From positions 128,001 through 192,000 of the forward strand of contig MTMD02000002.1 of the NCBI GenBank assembly GCA_002010065.2: DNA of 64,000 nt, written 5' to 3'. Source of the stretch: Candidatus Pyrohabitans jungbluthii. GTDB lineage: Archaea > Hydrothermarchaeota > Hydrothermarchaeia > Hydrothermarchaeales > BMS3B. Positions 17,898 to 28,056 of this stretch are shown piece after piece (within the stretch, counting starts at the first letter, position 1; the number at the start of each line of letters is the position of its first letter). The notes beneath the pieces were generated by a model. That model saw only the letters and a program-made list of their open reading frames with translations, had not been told where the DNA came from and did no database searches. Made by a program: the position numbers and the translations under genes.

Positions 17898-19214
17898 ATG
17901 AACAGGGGCTGGTTTAAACTTTTTGGTATTTTACTGATTGCGGCGATTCTATTTTCTGGGTGCACCCAGCCAGCGGAGAAAGCTGCTCCGGCACCTGCAG
18001 AAAAACCTCAGGAAACGGCTGCTCCTGCACCGACAGAGGTGAATATTCCCCTGGGGGTGCTTGTTGATCTTTCCGGACCGCTAACAACTTATGGTGAGGA
18101 CATTAAGACTACCGTCACCATCGCCAGCGAGAAGATAAATGAGCACTTTGAAAAGGCTGGCAAGCCATACAGGGTCAAGATATACGTAGAAGACACGAAG
18201 GTGGATCCGAAGATAGCCCTAGACAAGGTCATGGCTCTCCACAGCAAGGGTGTTAAGCTTATCGTGGGTCCAATGGGCAGTGGAGAGGTGAAGAACGTTA
18301 TTGAGTATGTGAGATCCAACAAGATTATCATAGCCTCCCCGTCTTCCACGGCGGACCCCAAGTACATAGGCGTTACCTCCCCAGAGGAAAAGAAGTATGT
18401 CTTCAGGTTCGTGGCTACTGATTCCTTCCAGACAAAAGCCATCGCCAAGCTTGCCCAGGAGCTCGGGGTTAAGGCAGTGGTTATAACCTACATCGGCAAC
18501 GCCTGGGGCAAAGGCTTAGAGGAGTTCGGCCGGGCAGAGTTTGAAAAGCTTGGAATAGAGGTTAGGAGTTCTGTGGAGTATCCTGACCCGCCACCCGCTG
18601 ACTTTACGCCCTATATAGCCACTGTAGAAGAGGCGGTAAACGACCTTCTAAAGAGCTACAGCAAGGATGAGGTTGCAGTGGTGACTTTCGGCTACGAGGA
18701 AGTTGCGACGATGCTGGCACAGGTCAAGAGCGATTCCGTGCTGCTCAGCGTAAAATGGATTGGCTGCGACGGCACTGCTAAGAGCAAGAAGGTTGTGGAG
18801 GATGTACCAGACAAGGCGAGTAAAATCATGCTCTACAGCACCGTCTCAGAGACAAGAGGTGGAAAAGCCTATGAGGAGCTCAGCAAGGTATACGCAGAGC
18901 GTACCGGCGGCAAGACTCCAATCAGCTATGGATTGAATGCCTACGATGCCGCCTGGGTCTTAGCCCTGTCGTTTGCTGAAGTTTACGACAAGCTCGGTAA
19001 GTACGACGCCGATGCTATGGCGGAGACTATCCCTGAGGTCGCTGAGAAGTACAGTAAGGGCGAGTATGGCGTAGAGCCGGTGAGTGGCGAGGTTAAGTTC
19101 GATGAGTACAATGACAGAGTCGGTTCTGAGTACAGAATCTACGCAGTTAAGGAGGGAAGCTGGACTGAAGTTGGAGTATGGAAATTCGCAACCAACTCCA
19201 TCGAGTGGAGCTAG
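17898..19214 (+). CDS. ABC transporter substrate-binding lipoprotein (LivK/Peripla_BP_6)
   Basis: Lipobox FSGC, Pro/Ala linker, DLSGPL, EDTKVDP, VGP.GS, AYDA. Confidence 0.92.
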   Translation: MNRGWFKLFGILLIAAILFSGCTQPAEKAAPAPAEKPQETAAPAPTEVNIPLGVLVDLSGPLTTYGEDIKTTVTIASEKINEHFEKAGKPYRVKIYVEDTKVDPKIALDKVMALHSKGVKLIVGPMGSGEVKNVIEYVRSNKIIIASPSSTADPKYIGVTSPEEKKYVFRFVATDSFQTKAIAKLAQELGVKAVVITYIGNAWGKGLEEFGRAEFEKLGIEVRSSVEYPDPPPADFTPYIATVEEAVNDLLKSYSKDEVAVVTFGYEEVATMLAQVKSDSVLLSVKWIGCDGTAKSKKVVEDVPDKASKIMLYSTVSETRGGKAYEELSKVYAERTGGKTPISYGLNAYDAAWVLALSFAEVYDKLGKYDADAMAETIPEVAEKYSKGEYGVEPVSGEVKFDEYNDRVGSEYRIYAVKEGSWTEVGVWKFATNSIEWS

Positions 19215-19962
19215 TGCACTGGTTACGCAGAGACTTACAAAAAACTTCGGTGGACTCAGAGCCCTAGATGGGGTGAGCATAGATGTAGCCAAGGGAAGCA
19301 TAACCCTTGTGATCGGACCCAACGGAAGCGGCAAAACTACGCTGATAAACGTGGTTACAGGGTTTCTCAGCGCCGACGATGGTAAAGTAGTCTTTGAGGG
19401 CAGAGACATAACAAACAAACCACCCCACGAGATATTCCAGATGGGGGTTGTCAGGACATTCCAGAACCCCCATCCCCTTAAAAAATTAGCAGTTCTTGAA
19501 AACCTGCTAATAGCAGAACCTGGCTATGGAGAGAGTGTTCTTCAGAGCTTTACCAGAAGATGGGTCGACAAAGAGGAAAGGCTGGTCAAAAAAGCCTTTG
19601 ATATTTTAAATTTTTTGGGGATAGAACACCTCTGGGACGAGCAGGCGATGAATCTCAGTGGTGGTCAGCTTAGACTCCTTGAGATAGGCAGGGCTTTAAT
19701 GTGTGATGCCAAACTGATTATTATGGACGAACCCATTGCTGGAGTTGCCCCTGCCTTGTCCCACAGCATTCTCAAAAAACTTAAAGAGCTTACAAAAAGT
19801 GGTATTTCCTTCCTTATCGTGGAGCACAGGCTGGATATAATCCTAGACTATGTAGACTGGGTCTACGTCATGGCAAACGGAAGAATTGTTGCAGAGGGTA
19901 AAAGTGACGAAATACTTAAAAATCCAAAAGTTATCGAGGTGTATCTGGGTGCTCAGGGCTAA
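19171..19962 (+). CDS. ABC transporter ATP-binding subunit (LivG-like); start uncertain
   Basis: [33 protein letters not shown]; nearest canonical in-frame start is TTG 19171. Confidence 0.88.
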   Translation: MEYGNSQPTPSSGASALVTQRLTKNFGGLRALDGVSIDVAKGSITLVIGPNGSGKTTLINVVTGFLSADDGKVVFEGRDITNKPPHEIFQMGVVRTFQNPHPLKKLAVLENLLIAEPGYGESVLQSFTRRWVDKEERLVKKAFDILNFLGIEHLWDEQAMNLSGGQLRLLEIGRALMCDAKLIIMDEPIAGVAPALSHSILKKLKELTKSGISFLIVEHRLDIILDYVDWVYVMANGRIVAEGKSDEILKNPKVIEVYLGAQG

Positions 19963-20653
19963 GAATCTTTCTGCAGGGTACAAGGAGCTTCACATACTCT
20001 TCGACATAAACGCCAAAGTGGAGAAGGGCAGGATAACAACCATAGCAGGCCCTAACGGCAGTGGCAAGAGCACCTTTTTAAAGTCTCTGTTTGGTTTGGC
20101 CACTATTCATTCGGGGAAGGTAGTTTACAAGGGAAGGGATATAACGCCCACTCCCCCTCATGACAGAACCAAGATGGGCATTGCATACCTGCCTCAGGTT
20201 GAGAATGTTTTCACAAATCTCACCGTTGAAGAGAACCTTAAAATAGCTGGCTACACCTTGGAAAATGGGGAGTATGAGGACAGGAGAGAGCTTGCCCTTA
20301 GTGTCTTTCCAGAACTGGAGAAAAGGCTTAAACAGAAGGCTGGCACTCTTAGCGGGGGGGAGAGGCAGTTTTTAGCCATTGCCACTGCCTTAATAAGGAA
20401 GGCGGAACTTCTAATGCTCGACGAACCCACTGCAATGCTCTCGCCAAAGTTTGCAAACAATATTTTTAACAAAATACTGGATTTAAAAGACAAGCTCGGG
20501 CTCACAATACTCCTTGTTGAGCAGAATATTAAAAAGGCACTGGAAATAAGCGACGACGCCTACATGCTCGCCAGCGGCAGAGTTGTTTTTGAGGGCAAAG
20601 CTGAAGAGTTGCTGGAGCATGAGAAATTTGGGGAGTTTTGCATAGGGGTATGA
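19949..20653 (+). CDS. ABC transporter ATP-binding subunit (LivF-like)
   Basis: [24 protein letters not shown]; GTG start after GAGGTG. Confidence 0.92.
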   Translation: MLRAKNLSAGYKELHILFDINAKVEKGRITTIAGPNGSGKSTFLKSLFGLATIHSGKVVYKGRDITPTPPHDRTKMGIAYLPQVENVFTNLTVEENLKIAGYTLENGEYEDRRELALSVFPELEKRLKQKAGTLSGGERQFLAIATALIRKAELLMLDEPTAMLSPKFANNIFNKILDLKDKLGLTILLVEQNIKKALEISDDAYMLASGRVVFEGKAEELLEHEKFGEFCIGV

Positions 20654-21054
20654 TTCTGAGAAACCGCCGCATGGTTAGGGCTTTTGTTACAAAGGACGGC
20701 TCCGAGGTTTACGAGCTGCTTCATCCGAAAAATTCCAGAGTGCGGAGGCTGAGCATCGCAGAGGCAGTGGTCAAGCCAGGAAGCGCAACCAAAGAGCACT
20801 TCCACCGCACTAGTGAAGAGGTGTACTACATCCTCAGCGGGGAGGGAGAGATGTACATCAACGAAGAAAAAGCCTATGTGCAGGCTGGAGATGTGGTGCT
20901 CATTCCAGCAGGAGCGAGGCATTACGTGGTGAACACAGGCAATGAAGAGCTCGTTATACTCTGCGCCTCTTCTCCGCCATACTCGCATGAGGATACGGAG
21001 CTGGTTACGCCCGCCGCCCAATCCTCTTCACCACATAGCTCGGGAGACTCCTGA
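20650..21054 (+). CDS. Cupin-domain protein
   Basis: [38 protein letters not shown]. Confidence 0.88.
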   Translation: MILRNRRMVRAFVTKDGSEVYELLHPKNSRVRRLSIAEAVVKPGSATKEHFHRTSEEVYYILSGEGEMYINEEKAYVQAGDVVLIPAGARHYVVNTGNEELVILCASSPPYSHEDTELVTPAAQSSSPHSSGDS

Positions 21055-22165
21055 GGCTGAACGCGAGGGCACGCCTTAGGATTACCCTCGGCCTTGGCTC
21101 GCCCCCGCCAAGGGCGGAGATGACGCTTAGCAGAACATCGCTGTTCTTAAAGAGGTGGTAGGAAAAGTCCAAGTTGAAGTAGAAGAGCTTCCCCAAGTAG
21201 AGCATTGCCCTGAGGTCTGGCAGAAGCTCGCGGTCGCAGAAGCTCTGATAGGCAAGCAGACTCTTCTCTTTGCCGTTTAGCACTTCGCTAACAAACTGCG
21301 CCGCTTTTATGCCTGAGAGGGCGGCATAGTAAGTGCCCTCACCCGAGAGGGGATCCACGAAGCCGGCAGCATCGCCTGCGAGGGCGGCACGTGGAGCGGC
21401 GACTTTACGCCTTATGCCGCCCATGGGTATGAGGTGCGCCTTCGCCGGTGGGAGCTCTGAAGCCTTGACATATGGAAGCGTTGAGGCGAAGCTTTCCAGG
21501 CGGGAGACTATGCTCTCCCCCAGCCTAGATGCAAGCTCTGCAACGCCTATGGTGGCGCCTTCACGTTTGGGAAAGGCCCAGGTGTAGGAGAAGCTCGCAT
21601 GCCCAAAGTGGATCTCCATGGCATCCAAGCCCAGCCCGGGAATCTCATACTCCGCTGCCACGCCGAGCTCGCGTGAGGGAAACCTCCATCCAAAGAAGTG
21701 CTTTCTCACGACGCTGCTCACGCCATCGCAGCCTATCACAAAGCGTGAGCTAACTTCACCATGCTCCGTCTCAAGAAGGCACTTACCATGTTCCAGCTTT
21801 ATTCCCCTAACCCGCGTGGCGTCCCTAATCTCAGTACCTGCACGCTCGGCTTCCTTCGCTAAGGCGTAGTCGAGGACATCTCGATAAGTAGTGAGGATAT
21901 CACCTCTCGCTACGTCTATCTCCCTTTCTGCGCCGGGTATCTTCACCCTAACCTTCCTGACCTCATGGAACAGCTTTGTCGGGAGCCTCATCCCCTCGCC
22001 GGCTAGAAGCTCCATTGTTTTACGCGTCACAGCGCCGCCGCACAGCTTGTACCTGGGCAGCGCCTCTTTCTCAAGCAGCACAACGCTAAGCCCGCGTTTC
22101 GCCGCTGCATAGGCTGCGCACGAGCCGGCGACGCCAGCACCAACCACAGCCACGTCGTAGAGCAT
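21005..22165 (-). CDS. Geranylgeranyl reductase-family flavoprotein
   Basis: VVGAGVAG, PRYKLCGG, GCDG..S, YTWAFPK, AGDAAG.VDP.SGEG. Confidence 0.9.
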   Translation of the reverse strand: MLYDVAVVGAGVAGSCAAYAAAKRGLSVVLLEKEALPRYKLCGGAVTRKTMELLAGEGMRLPTKLFHEVRKVRVKIPGAEREIDVARGDILTTYRDVLDYALAKEAERAGTEIRDATRVRGIKLEHGKCLLETEHGEVSSRFVIGCDGVSSVVRKHFFGWRFPSRELGVAAEYEIPGLGLDAMEIHFGHASFSYTWAFPKREGATIGVAELASRLGESIVSRLESFASTLPYVKASELPPAKAHLIPMGGIRRKVAAPRAALAGDAAGFVDPLSGEGTYYAALSGIKAAQFVSEVLNGKEKSLLAYQSFCDRELLPDLRAMLYLGKLFYFNLDFSYHLFKNSDVLLSVISALGGGEPRPRVILRRALAFSLRSLPSYVVKRIGRRA

Positions 22166-22202
22166 GGAAAGGCTTAATACTTCCCAGAATAAATTTGCTT
22201 CG

Positions 22203-22604
22203 ATGATTAAGAGGTATACAATAAGAACTAGGAAAGATGTGGAGCTCATCGACATTACCAGAGAAGTCGCTGAGGCGGTTGCCGAGGCTAAAGTGGAGCA
22301 TGGCTTAGCCAGCGTTTACACGAAGCACACCACAACGGCGATATTCATAAACGAGGCTGAAAGCGGGCTTCTTCAAGACTACCTCACGCTCCTCGAGAAG
22401 CTCGTGCCTGCGCACGGGGGTTACGCCCATGATAGAATAGACAGCAACGCCCATGCGCACCTGCGCAGCATGCTTCTCGGAAGCGGCGTAACCCTTCCTG
22501 TGATTGAAGGAAAACCAGCGCTGGGCACATGGCAGCGCATTCTCTTCGCTGAGCTTGATGGACCAAGACAGAGGAGCTTTCTGGTCAGCGTAGTGAAAGC
22601 CTAA
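22203..22604 (+). CDS. yjbQ: YjbQ/UPF0047 family protein
   Basis: HTTTA..INE, YAHD...NAHAHLRS, LGTWQ.I.F.ELDGPR.R. Confidence 0.92.
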   Translation: MIKRYTIRTRKDVELIDITREVAEAVAEAKVEHGLASVYTKHTTTAIFINEAESGLLQDYLTLLEKLVPAHGGYAHDRIDSNAHAHLRSMLLGSGVTLPVIEGKPALGTWQRILFAELDGPRQRSFLVSVVKA

Positions 22605-22652
22605 GCCTCCGAGAAGCTTAAAAAGGCTGAAGAGAATTTATATTCGAGTTGT

Positions 22653-23849
22653 ATGTCAACAAAGGTTATACGTGACCCGATTCACGGAGATATCTTCCTT
22701 ACAGAGCTTGAACTGAGGATTGTAGATACCCCAGAGTTCCAGAGGCTACGCAGGATAAAGCAGCTGGGAATGACCTACTTGGTTTACCCCAGCGCCAACC
22801 ACACGCGCTTTGAGCACTCCCTGGGTGCCCTTCACCTCGCTGGAAGACTTGCTTCAAGGCTCAGGTTAAGCGAGGAGGAGACAACGCTTGTGCGCATAGC
22901 CTCGCTGCTACATGATTTGGGTCACGGGCCGCTTTCGCATACAAGCGAGGAGCTTCTCGCGAGGTACCTCAACGCCTCCCACGAGAGCATAACCGCTGAG
23001 ACAATAAAAAGCTCCACCATCGCGGAGGTGCTCACAGAAGCAGGGATTAACCCGGAACGCATTGTGGAGATAATCTCAGGCGACGCAAGCTACCTAAGCA
23101 GGATTGTGAGCGGGGAGTTTGACATCGACAGGATGGATTACCTCGTGAGGGATGCGCACCACACCGGTGTGGGCTACGGCATTATAGATTTAGACAGGCT
23201 GATAAACACCATAGAAATCAAGGACAACCTGCTTGTGGTTAATGAGCGTGGGTTGCGCGCCGTTGAAGGCTTGCTCGTAGCCAGGTTTCTGATGATACCC
23301 ACAGTTTACCTGCACCACGCCTCGCGCATCGCCGACGCCATGTTTTTGAAGGCAACTGAGGTGGCGATAGAGCAGGGGGAGCTTGAGTTTCAGCGCTTGA
23401 TAAGGATGGACGATTACGAGGTGATGAGCTTCTTCCGCTCTTCTCGCGGCTATGTGCGCGATATTGGTGAGCGCTTTGACCAGCGCAGGCTTTTCAAGAA
23501 GGCTCTGGTGAAGGGCTGGCACGACCTGACGCCCACGCTGCGGGAGCACGTGCTTGCGCTGCGCCATGAGGTGAAGAAGCTCTCGCGCATAGAGAGGGAG
23601 CTTGCCGAGGACGCTGGCATAGACTACGGCTACGTGCTTCTCGACGTGCCACCTGAGCCCAGCTACCGCGAGCTTGACGCGCTGATTGCTGAGGAGGGCG
23701 AGATAAAGCGCATCGAAGAGGTCTCTCCCCTCGTGGGTGTGCTCAAGGTTGCGCAGAAGAGTCACTGGAGCCTGGGGATCTACGCGCCTAAGGAACATCT
23801 CGAAAAGGTTAAGCGAGTGGCAGCGAACCTGGAGAGTTATGTTGATTAA
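22653..23849 (+). CDS. HD-domain phosphohydrolase (SAMHD1-like dNTPase family)
   Basis: IRDPIHG, FQRLRRIKQLG, HTRFEHSLG, LLHDLGHGPLSH, DIDRMDYL.RD, VYLH. Confidence 0.92.
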   Translation: MSTKVIRDPIHGDIFLTELELRIVDTPEFQRLRRIKQLGMTYLVYPSANHTRFEHSLGALHLAGRLASRLRLSEEETTLVRIASLLHDLGHGPLSHTSEELLARYLNASHESITAETIKSSTIAEVLTEAGINPERIVEIISGDASYLSRIVSGEFDIDRMDYLVRDAHHTGVGYGIIDLDRLINTIEIKDNLLVVNERGLRAVEGLLVARFLMIPTVYLHHASRIADAMFLKATEVAIEQGELEFQRLIRMDDYEVMSFFRSSRGYVRDIGERFDQRRLFKKALVKGWHDLTPTLREHVLALRHEVKKLSRIERELAEDAGIDYGYVLLDVPPEPSYRELDALIAEEGEIKRIEEVSPLVGVLKVAQKSHWSLGIYAPKEHLEKVKRVAANLESYVD

Positions 23850-23857
23850 TTTCTGAA

Positions 23858-23897
23858 AAATAACTAAGTTATTTGTGCAAGATTGCAGAAAATCTTG
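23858..23897. promoter_or_regulatory. Two short inverted repeats in an intergenic gap (possible operator or terminator)
   Basis: AAATAACT-A-AGTTATTT (23858-23874) and CAAGATT-N6-AATCTTG (23878-23897). Confidence 0.35.
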
Positions 23898-23958
23898 TAT
23901 TCCTTCCCATTTTCTAGACGTAACAAGCCTTTACCTCGTTATGCCTGAGCGATGATGC

Positions 23959-24687
23959 ATGAAGCGCCTTGTCCTTGTGCTTCTACTGCTTATCCCGGGT
24001 TGCTTCCAGGAAGAGAAGCCCCTGCTTCTCGTTGACTACGCCCATGGCGAGATTTTCCCGCCTTTAGATCCCCGAGACCTTGGGTATGCTACGCTTGATA
24101 CGGTGTTTAAGGAAGCTGGCTACGAGGTCAGGGTTATCTCAGAGCCTCTCACCGCTAAGGAGCTGCGCAGAGCCAAGGTGTACCTGCTTGCAGGACCCAT
24201 GAACGAGCTGAGCGAGGAGGAGCGCAGCGCACTTAGAGATTTCGTTGAGCGGGGCGGTAAAGTCGTTGTGCTGGTGCACATCGCTTCGCCGCTAAGGAAA
24301 TTTCTAGAGGAGTACAACATTACCCTGGGCTGGGTGGTGGCGGAGCATGAGAACACCCTAGGTAGAGCCCAGGATTTCATGGTTAGGAACGTAGGAGAAG
24401 GAGAGCTTTTCGAGGGCGTGGGCTCGCTTTCATTCTACGGCGCTTTCTCTGTGCGCGCGCCCGAGAGCTATGCCTTCACTTCCCCCAGAGCCTGGGAGGA
24501 TTTGAATCTTAACGGTGTCTGGGAGGAGGGCGAGCCTCGGGGCAAGTTTGCGCTCATTGGTATGGCGAATTACGGAAAGGGCTACATCTTGGTTTTAGGC
24601 GATGACGCCACGCTGGCGAACCGTTTCATAGGCGAGGAGGATAACTTTAAACTTGCCAGGAATCTCGCGGAGTGGGGGCTCACGTGA
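23959..24687 (+). CDS. Secreted/lipoprotein of DUF4350/GldG-like (class I GATase-like fold) type
   Basis: Lipobox-like IPGC, DYAHGE, L..FV..GG, YGKG..LVLGD, N..LA.NL..W. Confidence 0.65.
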   Translation: MKRLVLVLLLLIPGCFQEEKPLLLVDYAHGEIFPPLDPRDLGYATLDTVFKEAGYEVRVISEPLTAKELRRAKVYLLAGPMNELSEEERSALRDFVERGGKVVVLVHIASPLRKFLEEYNITLGWVVAEHENTLGRAQDFMVRNVGEGELFEGVGSLSFYGAFSVRAPESYAFTSPRAWEDLNLNGVWEEGEPRGKFALIGMANYGKGYILVLGDDATLANRFIGEEDNFKLARNLAEWGLT

Positions 24688-27600
24688 AGAAATCTTTTAT
24701 GCTTTTCTGCTCCACGCTCTCATCGATAAATATGCTCTCAATGCTCATACGCAGTATCTTAACGCGCTGCTTCAGGTAGTCCTCCAGCGCGTACTTATCC
24801 AGAAGATTCTCGGTTACGCTGAGGTACTTCTCAACACTTCCCCTCGCCACAGTTAAAACAAGCTTACCACCGCAGCGACGGCAGCGCCCCAGCAGAGGGA
24901 CGCGGCGATACTTCGCATTGCAGTTTACACAGCGCACCTTCTGCGTGGCAAAGGCGCGCAGGTTTCCTGCCAGGTCTGGCAAGAAGTGGCTCTCTATCAC
25001 CCGCCTAGCAACGTCACGCTCGTCTACGCTGCGCAGCTTCTTAGCAAGAGAAAGCTGCTTCTCCAGCTTGTCCACCATCTCCTTTAGCGTCTTGTACGCT
25101 GAGACGGTAACGCCAGCGGAGATGTCGCTGGTATCGTGGGTAAAGCGCAGCCCGTAGTACGCCTCTCGCCTGCCCAAACGCTGCCTCACCGTCTCTATCT
25201 CCCCCTCAAACTCCTGGGGCTTAGCAAGGCGCAGCGTGGCCTCGTAAAACTCTATGGGGTAGCGCTCCACTATGTCTATGTTGTGCGCCTCGCCATCCAC
25301 CTCGCTGGGGTCGAGGCGGGTGGTTAGAACCAGAGGGGCGTCCATCGTACCGCCGCGCGTCGCTGGCAAAAAGGCCCGAGAGAAGTTGAGAAAGGCGTCC
25401 ATCATCAGAAAAACGCTATCTTCGTCGCCGTCGCAGTTGCGACGCTTCGCTGCGTGGAAGTATGGGTGAGCATAGCCCACGCTGGCACGGGAGAAGCCCA
25501 CGATGCGCCCCAGTATCGCCGCCGAGGTATGGGGAGCCAGGCCAAAAACTAGGTGGCCAAGCAGGTCTTCTTTAGTGGTGGCGTTGTAGTAGGGCTCAAG
25601 CCCATAAAAATCCTCGAGAAGTTCGTCCACAAACTTAGCAACGCGCAGCAGGTATTCAGCACCGCTCTCAGGCAGAATTATATCCTGGGGGAATAGCTCC
25701 ACAATCTGCTCCTCGCTCTCCAGTGGCTTGCCCATATAATCGTGAGTGTAGCCCAGCTCCCGCATTTTCTCAACGCTTACACCTATCTCCCTAGGCCTAA
25801 CGTGGGTTACCGGCACGTCCGTGGCGTCGAAGCGCGCTGTGCCGTCTTTGAATACAAAAACTTCATTTCTGGAGCGCAGGATGCCCTTCTCCAGAGCCTC
25901 CGGTATCTTGTAGCTGGAGGTCATGCCTATGACGCCTTTCAGGTCGTTGGATGTGCTTCCAACGCGGCGTTCCGCCTCGGCAAGAAGCTTCTTCAGCTCA
26001 ATCTCCCGCTCAGAGTAGTATGCCAGCCTTCCATTGCACTTCGGGCAGGAGTCGCGCTCATCCTCTGCGACAAAGCCGCAGGAGGAGCAAACCCTGCGAA
26101 GCCTCGTATTGCCTCCGCAGCGGGGGCAGCGTGAGAAGATGCTCACCTCTCCACAGCTTTCGCACTCGCGGTAAGCGACCTCCACACTTATCTTACCAGC
26201 CTGGGCAGCCTTCTTCACATCGCGCGTCTTGCCTCCGTGCTGCCCGATGGGAAAGAGAACGTTAACCGGAGGAGACATCTTGCGCTCTTTGGCTTTTTCT
26301 GGCCTGCCCATACGCGCGCCGATGTATGTGGGCGCCTTCTCGCGCACTTTTATGCCAAAGGAATTCACCAGCTCCATGACGCTGCCCGCGCGCTCATACG
26401 CTTGAGAAAAGCGCTCCAGGCTTGAGCCCAGGCAGTAGAGAAGCGCCTTGTACTCGTTGAGAACAACCTTGCCCTCAACAACGCGGTGAGGTATGCAAAG
26501 AAGCTCTAAAACGCGCTTCTCTGGGCTCATCTCCAGGACAAGAGCGTCGCCTTGGGTTTTCCCTGTGAAAAGCCACTCAGCGAGAGCCTTTAAATCCTCC
26601 TTGGTAACGTCGTGGTAGAAGTAGGTATAGCGAGGGTGCAGGGGTATACCCAGCTTCTGGCTTAGCTCCAGCGCCTCTTCCTCGGTGGGCACATGTGAGG
26701 GGTCGAGGAAGTGGCTGTATTCAGCGTGCTCTTCGCCCTTCAACGCCTGCTCCAGCTCCTGCACCCACCACTCCTCGCAGTAGCCCGCTGGTACAAGAGG
26801 ATGGTTGTTCTCCAGGAAGTCGCCATAGTTCACCAAGATATCGCCCAGGAATAAAATCTCCTCTACCTGGTCTTTAATCTCCTGAGCCTGCTCAATGGTG
26901 GAGACGCGAACAACACTGCCGTCGTGCAGCTTCACCACAGGCCCTTCGATAGTGTCGCACGGCGTTACAGCGGTGCCCTTGCCTGGGCGCTCTGTTTTCA
27001 TCTGCGTCCCAATGGCTATGAAGCCACCAGTTATAACCATCGTCGCTGGATGAATAGCCATACTTGCGAAGCCAGAGGCTCTACTTCTGCCGTAGCGCAG
27101 CCTGAAGCCACCTTTCGCTGAGGGATGCGCAAGCACAGGTCTTCCCGCGACCAGATCTTTAATATACTTAAAGTTGGGCTTTACCTCAGTATCGCCGCTC
27201 TCCTCCTTCTTCTCCATTTTACCCGAAACTAGCTCAGCCAACCACTCCCAGCCTTCAAAATTAAGCTTACGCACATACTTGAGCACTTTCGGCGCCTTCT
27301 GGAGCAACCCCTCTGCGAGAACGAGCACCGCTCCACCGCGAAGCTGATTGGTTTCAACGCGTGGCAGGTCACGGTAGCCTGCTACCTCCACCTTGTCGGT
27401 GGGCTCGCCCGTGACTTCCACAGGCAGAGAGCGAATCGCCTTGCGCACCTCCTCAGCCTTGGGATAGTACTGCAGGCGAGCAGCTTCATGGTGGTACAGG
27501 TCAACCTCCTCCACGAAGCGCTCCACCTCATCTTCAGTCGCTAAGTAGCGCTCAAGACCGAGAGCCTGCCTTATGGCGTCGCCCACGAGCACCGCCAATG

Positions 27601-28048
27601 CCTGAGCAGAGCCGCCAGCCGAGCGTATTGGGCCAGCGAAGTAAATCGCCAAATACTCGCTTCCATCAGCATTCTTCTTTATCTTCACCTTAACTATGCC
27701 CTCAAGGGGCGCGGCCACTATACCTTCGGTGAGAATAGCAAGAGCTGTGCGCAGCGCCTGCTCAGCCGCAGCTTCCCTCGAATCGAAGCGTCCAAACTTG
27801 CCCTCTACTATCTCCCTGGCTATGGTTATCGCCGCCTCCTCAGCGCTCATCTTTGAGCAAAGCTCGCGGATGCGCGGAGCCACGCCTCTGGGTCCTACCA
27901 ATCCCTCAACGCGCTCTGCCATGTCTTTGGCGAGGGGGATTTCTACCTCTAACGAGGGGTCATAGCCCAGCTTTCTTGCTTCCCGCGCTATCTTTAACCC
28001 CTCTTTAACCTTCTCCTCAAGCAGAGAAAAGTACTCATCTATCTCCAT
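24680..28048 (-). CDS. polC: DNA polymerase D large subunit DP2
   Basis: GFRLRYGRSR, RMGRPEKAK.R, Zn fingers, LAPHTSA, HAAKRRNCDGDED, C-terminal PIP-like QKSIKDFF; no intein. Confidence 0.98.
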   Translation of the reverse strand: MEIDEYFSLLEEKVKEGLKIAREARKLGYDPSLEVEIPLAKDMAERVEGLVGPRGVAPRIRELCSKMSAEEAAITIAREIVEGKFGRFDSREAAAEQALRTALAILTEGIVAAPLEGIVKVKIKKNADGSEYLAIYFAGPIRSAGGSAQALAVLVGDAIRQALGLERYLATEDEVERFVEEVDLYHHEAARLQYYPKAEEVRKAIRSLPVEVTGEPTDKVEVAGYRDLPRVETNQLRGGAVLVLAEGLLQKAPKVLKYVRKLNFEGWEWLAELVSGKMEKKEESGDTEVKPNFKYIKDLVAGRPVLAHPSAKGGFRLRYGRSRASGFASMAIHPATMVITGGFIAIGTQMKTERPGKGTAVTPCDTIEGPVVKLHDGSVVRVSTIEQAQEIKDQVEEILFLGDILVNYGDFLENNHPLVPAGYCEEWWVQELEQALKGEEHAEYSHFLDPSHVPTEEEALELSQKLGIPLHPRYTYFYHDVTKEDLKALAEWLFTGKTQGDALVLEMSPEKRVLELLCIPHRVVEGKVVLNEYKALLYCLGSSLERFSQAYERAGSVMELVNSFGIKVREKAPTYIGARMGRPEKAKERKMSPPVNVLFPIGQHGGKTRDVKKAAQAGKISVEVAYRECESCGEVSIFSRCPRCGGNTRLRRVCSSCGFVAEDERDSCPKCNGRLAYYSEREIELKKLLAEAERRVGSTSNDLKGVIGMTSSYKIPEALEKGILRSRNEVFVFKDGTARFDATDVPVTHVRPREIGVSVEKMRELGYTHDYMGKPLESEEQIVELFPQDIILPESGAEYLLRVAKFVDELLEDFYGLEPYYNATTKEDLLGHLVFGLAPHTSAAILGRIVGFSRASVGYAHPYFHAAKRRNCDGDEDSVFLMMDAFLNFSRAFLPATRGGTMDAPLVLTTRLDPSEVDGEAHNIDIVERYPIEFYEATLRLAKPQEFEGEIETVRQRLGRREAYYGLRFTHDTSDISAGVTVSAYKTLKEMVDKLEKQLSLAKKLRSVDERDVARRVIESHFLPDLAGNLRAFATQKVRCVNCNAKYRRVPLLGRCRRCGGKLVLTVARGSVEKYLSVTENLLDKYALEDYLKQRVKILRMSIESIFIDESVEQKSIKDFFT

Positions 28049-28056
28049 AGTACTCC

